Positions 62,095 through 64,000 of a stretch of DNA of 64,000 nt are shown here, one piece after another; positions within the stretch are counted from its first letter, which is position 1, and every line of letters begins with the position of its first letter. Made by a program: the position numbers and the translations under genes. This DNA is from Leucoraja erinacea (taxonomy: Eukaryota). The stretch is from assembly GCF_028641065.1 (NCBI RefSeq), contig NC_073414.1, positions 2,480,001-2,544,000 on the forward strand, given 5' to 3'. The notes beneath the pieces are model-generated. The model made no database searches and was not told the origin of the DNA. It saw nothing but the letters and a program-made list of their open reading frames with translations.

Positions 62095-62512
62095 TTCAGT
62101 TACCTCCCTCCACTCAGTCCGTCTTCACCTACCTGATCTCCCGGTGCCTCAGCAGTTCAACTCCCCCTCCCATTCCCAATCTGACCTTCCTGTCCTGGGC
62201 CTCCTCCATTGTCAGAGTGAGGCCCAGCGCAAATTGGAGGAACAGCACTTCATATTTCGCTTGAGTAGCTTACACCCCAGTGGTATGAACATTGACTTCT
62301 CTAACTTCAAGTAGCACTTGCTTTCCCTCTCTCTCCATCCCCTCCCCCTTCCCACTTCTCCCACTAGTCTTACTGTCTCCGACTACATTCTATCTTTGTC
62401 CCGCCCCCTCCCCTGGCATCAGTCTGAAGAACGGTCTTGACCCGAAACGTCACCCATTCCTTCTCTCCAGAGATGCTGCCTGTCCTGCTGAGTTACTCCA
62501 GTATTTTTGTCT
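62095..62512 (+). mobile_element. Penelope-like element 3' end (GIY-YIG C-terminus plus pLTR)
   Basis: VLGLLHCQSEAQRKLEEQHFIFRLSSLHPSGMNIDFSNFK* followed by a pLTR with a hammerhead-like core. A related fragment lies at 43865-44085. Confidence 0.75.
62424..62451 (+). ncRNA. Minimal type I hammerhead ribozyme motif (Penelope pLTR)
   Basis: CTGAAGA-A-stem II-GAAA-CGTC. Confidence 0.5.
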
Positions 62513-63277
62513 ATAGAAACATAGAAATTAGGTGCAGGAGTAGGCCATTCGGCCCTTCGAGCCTGCACCGCCATTCAATATGATCATGGCTGATCCGTTT
62601 ATTCAGTTACATTTTCTATTTTTTGCAATTTATTGAAATGTTTATATGTAACTGACTCAAAGATCAAAGCGTGCACAGATGTTTAAAAACATTCTATACA
62701 TTAGTTCATATGATTATTATAAAGGTGCAGATGTTCCATAGAATGTTCAAGAGTGTATTAAGCCTATGGATTGATTTATAGACATATAGCATGGAAACAG
62801 GCCCAACTTGCCCAAACCAGCCAACATGTCGCATCTACACTAGTCCCACCCTGCCTATCCCAATAAACCTATCTTATCCATGTTTAAATGTTTCTTAAAT
62901 GTTGCAATAGTATCTGCCTCAACTACCTCCTCTGGCATCTCATTCCATAAATCTGCCACCCTTTGCATTTATAAAATATTTAAAAAACACTCTCAGATTC
63001 CCATTAAATCTTTCACCCGTCAAGTTAGACCTATGTCCTCTGGTTCATGATTTCTCCTACACTGGGCAAGAGACTCTGTGTCTACCCGATCCATTCCTCT
63101 TATGATTTTATACACCTCTATAAGATCACTTCTCATCCTCCTGAATTCCAAGGAATAGAGTCTTAGCCTACTCAACTTCCTATAGCTCAGGCCCTCGAGT
63201 CCTGGCAACGTCCTCGTAAGTTATTTTGAATTTGTGTCCACGGCTTTATTGCTAAAGGAATTTCTTTTGCTCTTTAG

Positions 63278-63362
63278 TTCTGCGAATAAGTGTCTATTGA
63301 AAGTTGCCACATACGCTGCACAGCTAGAACAATATTTCAAAGCCATCGAAATATATGAACAG
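63278..63362 (+). CDS. NAPA: NAPA exon 7 (85 bp)
   Basis: [28 protein letters not shown]|gtaagt. Confidence 0.95.
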
Positions 63363-64000
63363 GTAAGTGTTTGTTTTTGCGTGGGTGATATTTGCCTCCC
63401 AGCTGTTCATGCTTTAGCTGAGGGAACCTGAAGCTCATCCTTCAACTGAACTCAAAGACAAACAATTGTCAAGGGAAGAAACAATGCTGGAGTAACTCAG
63501 TGGGTCGGGCGGCATTCTGGAGAACATGGATAGGTGATGATTTAAGTCGGGTCCCTTTTTCAGACTGATTGCAGGGGAGGGTGGTGGGGGGGAAGAAACC
63601 TCGAAGAGTGGAGGGGTGAGTCAAAGCATGGCAGGACATAGGTGAATACAGGTAAGGAAGGGGGTTATGATAGGCAGATCGCTGGGCAAAGGCCAGCACA
63701 AGGTGTGAGATAAAAGGATCAGAATTGCAAATTGTGAAGCTGGAGGATTGGCAAGGTGCGAATTGTTTAGGAATGTACATGGAGGCGGAAGGGAGAGATG
63801 GGTGCAAAGACAGTCGGGGCTCGAGAGGGAGGGTGTTTATGGTGGGGGGGGGTTATTTTGTCGAGCTTGCCTAAAGTTTGTTACCAAGCAATTTTCAGTT
63901 TGGTCTGAGCCGTTGCAAACATCTAGGATGTGCTTTGAGACCACACAGAATGCAAGGTAGATTGGTAATTCGGCAGGCAGACAGCATCTGTGGAGAACAC

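Larger units (their letters stand above)
52247..63362 (+). other. NAPA: Gene span (partial, exons 1-7): alpha-soluble NSF attachment protein
   Basis: Seven in-phase exons. Residues GGSSK, DAAT, NAFKK, RAIEI and HISIA match alpha- rather than beta-SNAP. The gene continues past the window. Confidence 0.9.

Overview
Vertebrate genomic DNA, inferred to be a cartilaginous fish (skate/ray-like), because the repeats are mostly HE1/V-SINE-type tRNA-SINEs, CR1 3' ends, Rex1/L2 fragments and Penelope-derived pLTR/hammerhead elements. There are several N gaps. Four spliced genes were rebuilt by hand from GT-AG exons. (1) The 3' half of an ITPK1-like inositol-tetrakisphosphate 1-kinase (+, 973-7636). (2) A chromogranin-A-like granin (-, exons 2-6 at 17223-11538; exon 1 probably lies in the gap 21292-21748), tail-to-tail with the ITPK1-like gene and with a REST/RE1 site. 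(3) The complete 16-exon mitochondrial seryl-tRNA synthetase SARS2 (-, 50243-29846, 514 aa). (4) Exons 1-7 of alpha-SNAP NAPA (+, from 52247), head-to-head with SARS2. Main hypothesis: this block is the chr19-type ohnologous copy of the human CHGA-ITPK1 pair. If so, the granin is a third chromogranin at the position of mammalian CCER2, and the ITPK1 copy is a paralogue that mammals lack. Other highlights: a TSD-flanked chimeric histone-H3/RTE-like retrocopy, an inverted captured copy of an ITPK1 exon, a SINE-supplied stop codon, and many minimal hammerhead motifs and perfect palindromes. Comparisons with human proteins, exon sizes and gene order are from recall, not from a database search.
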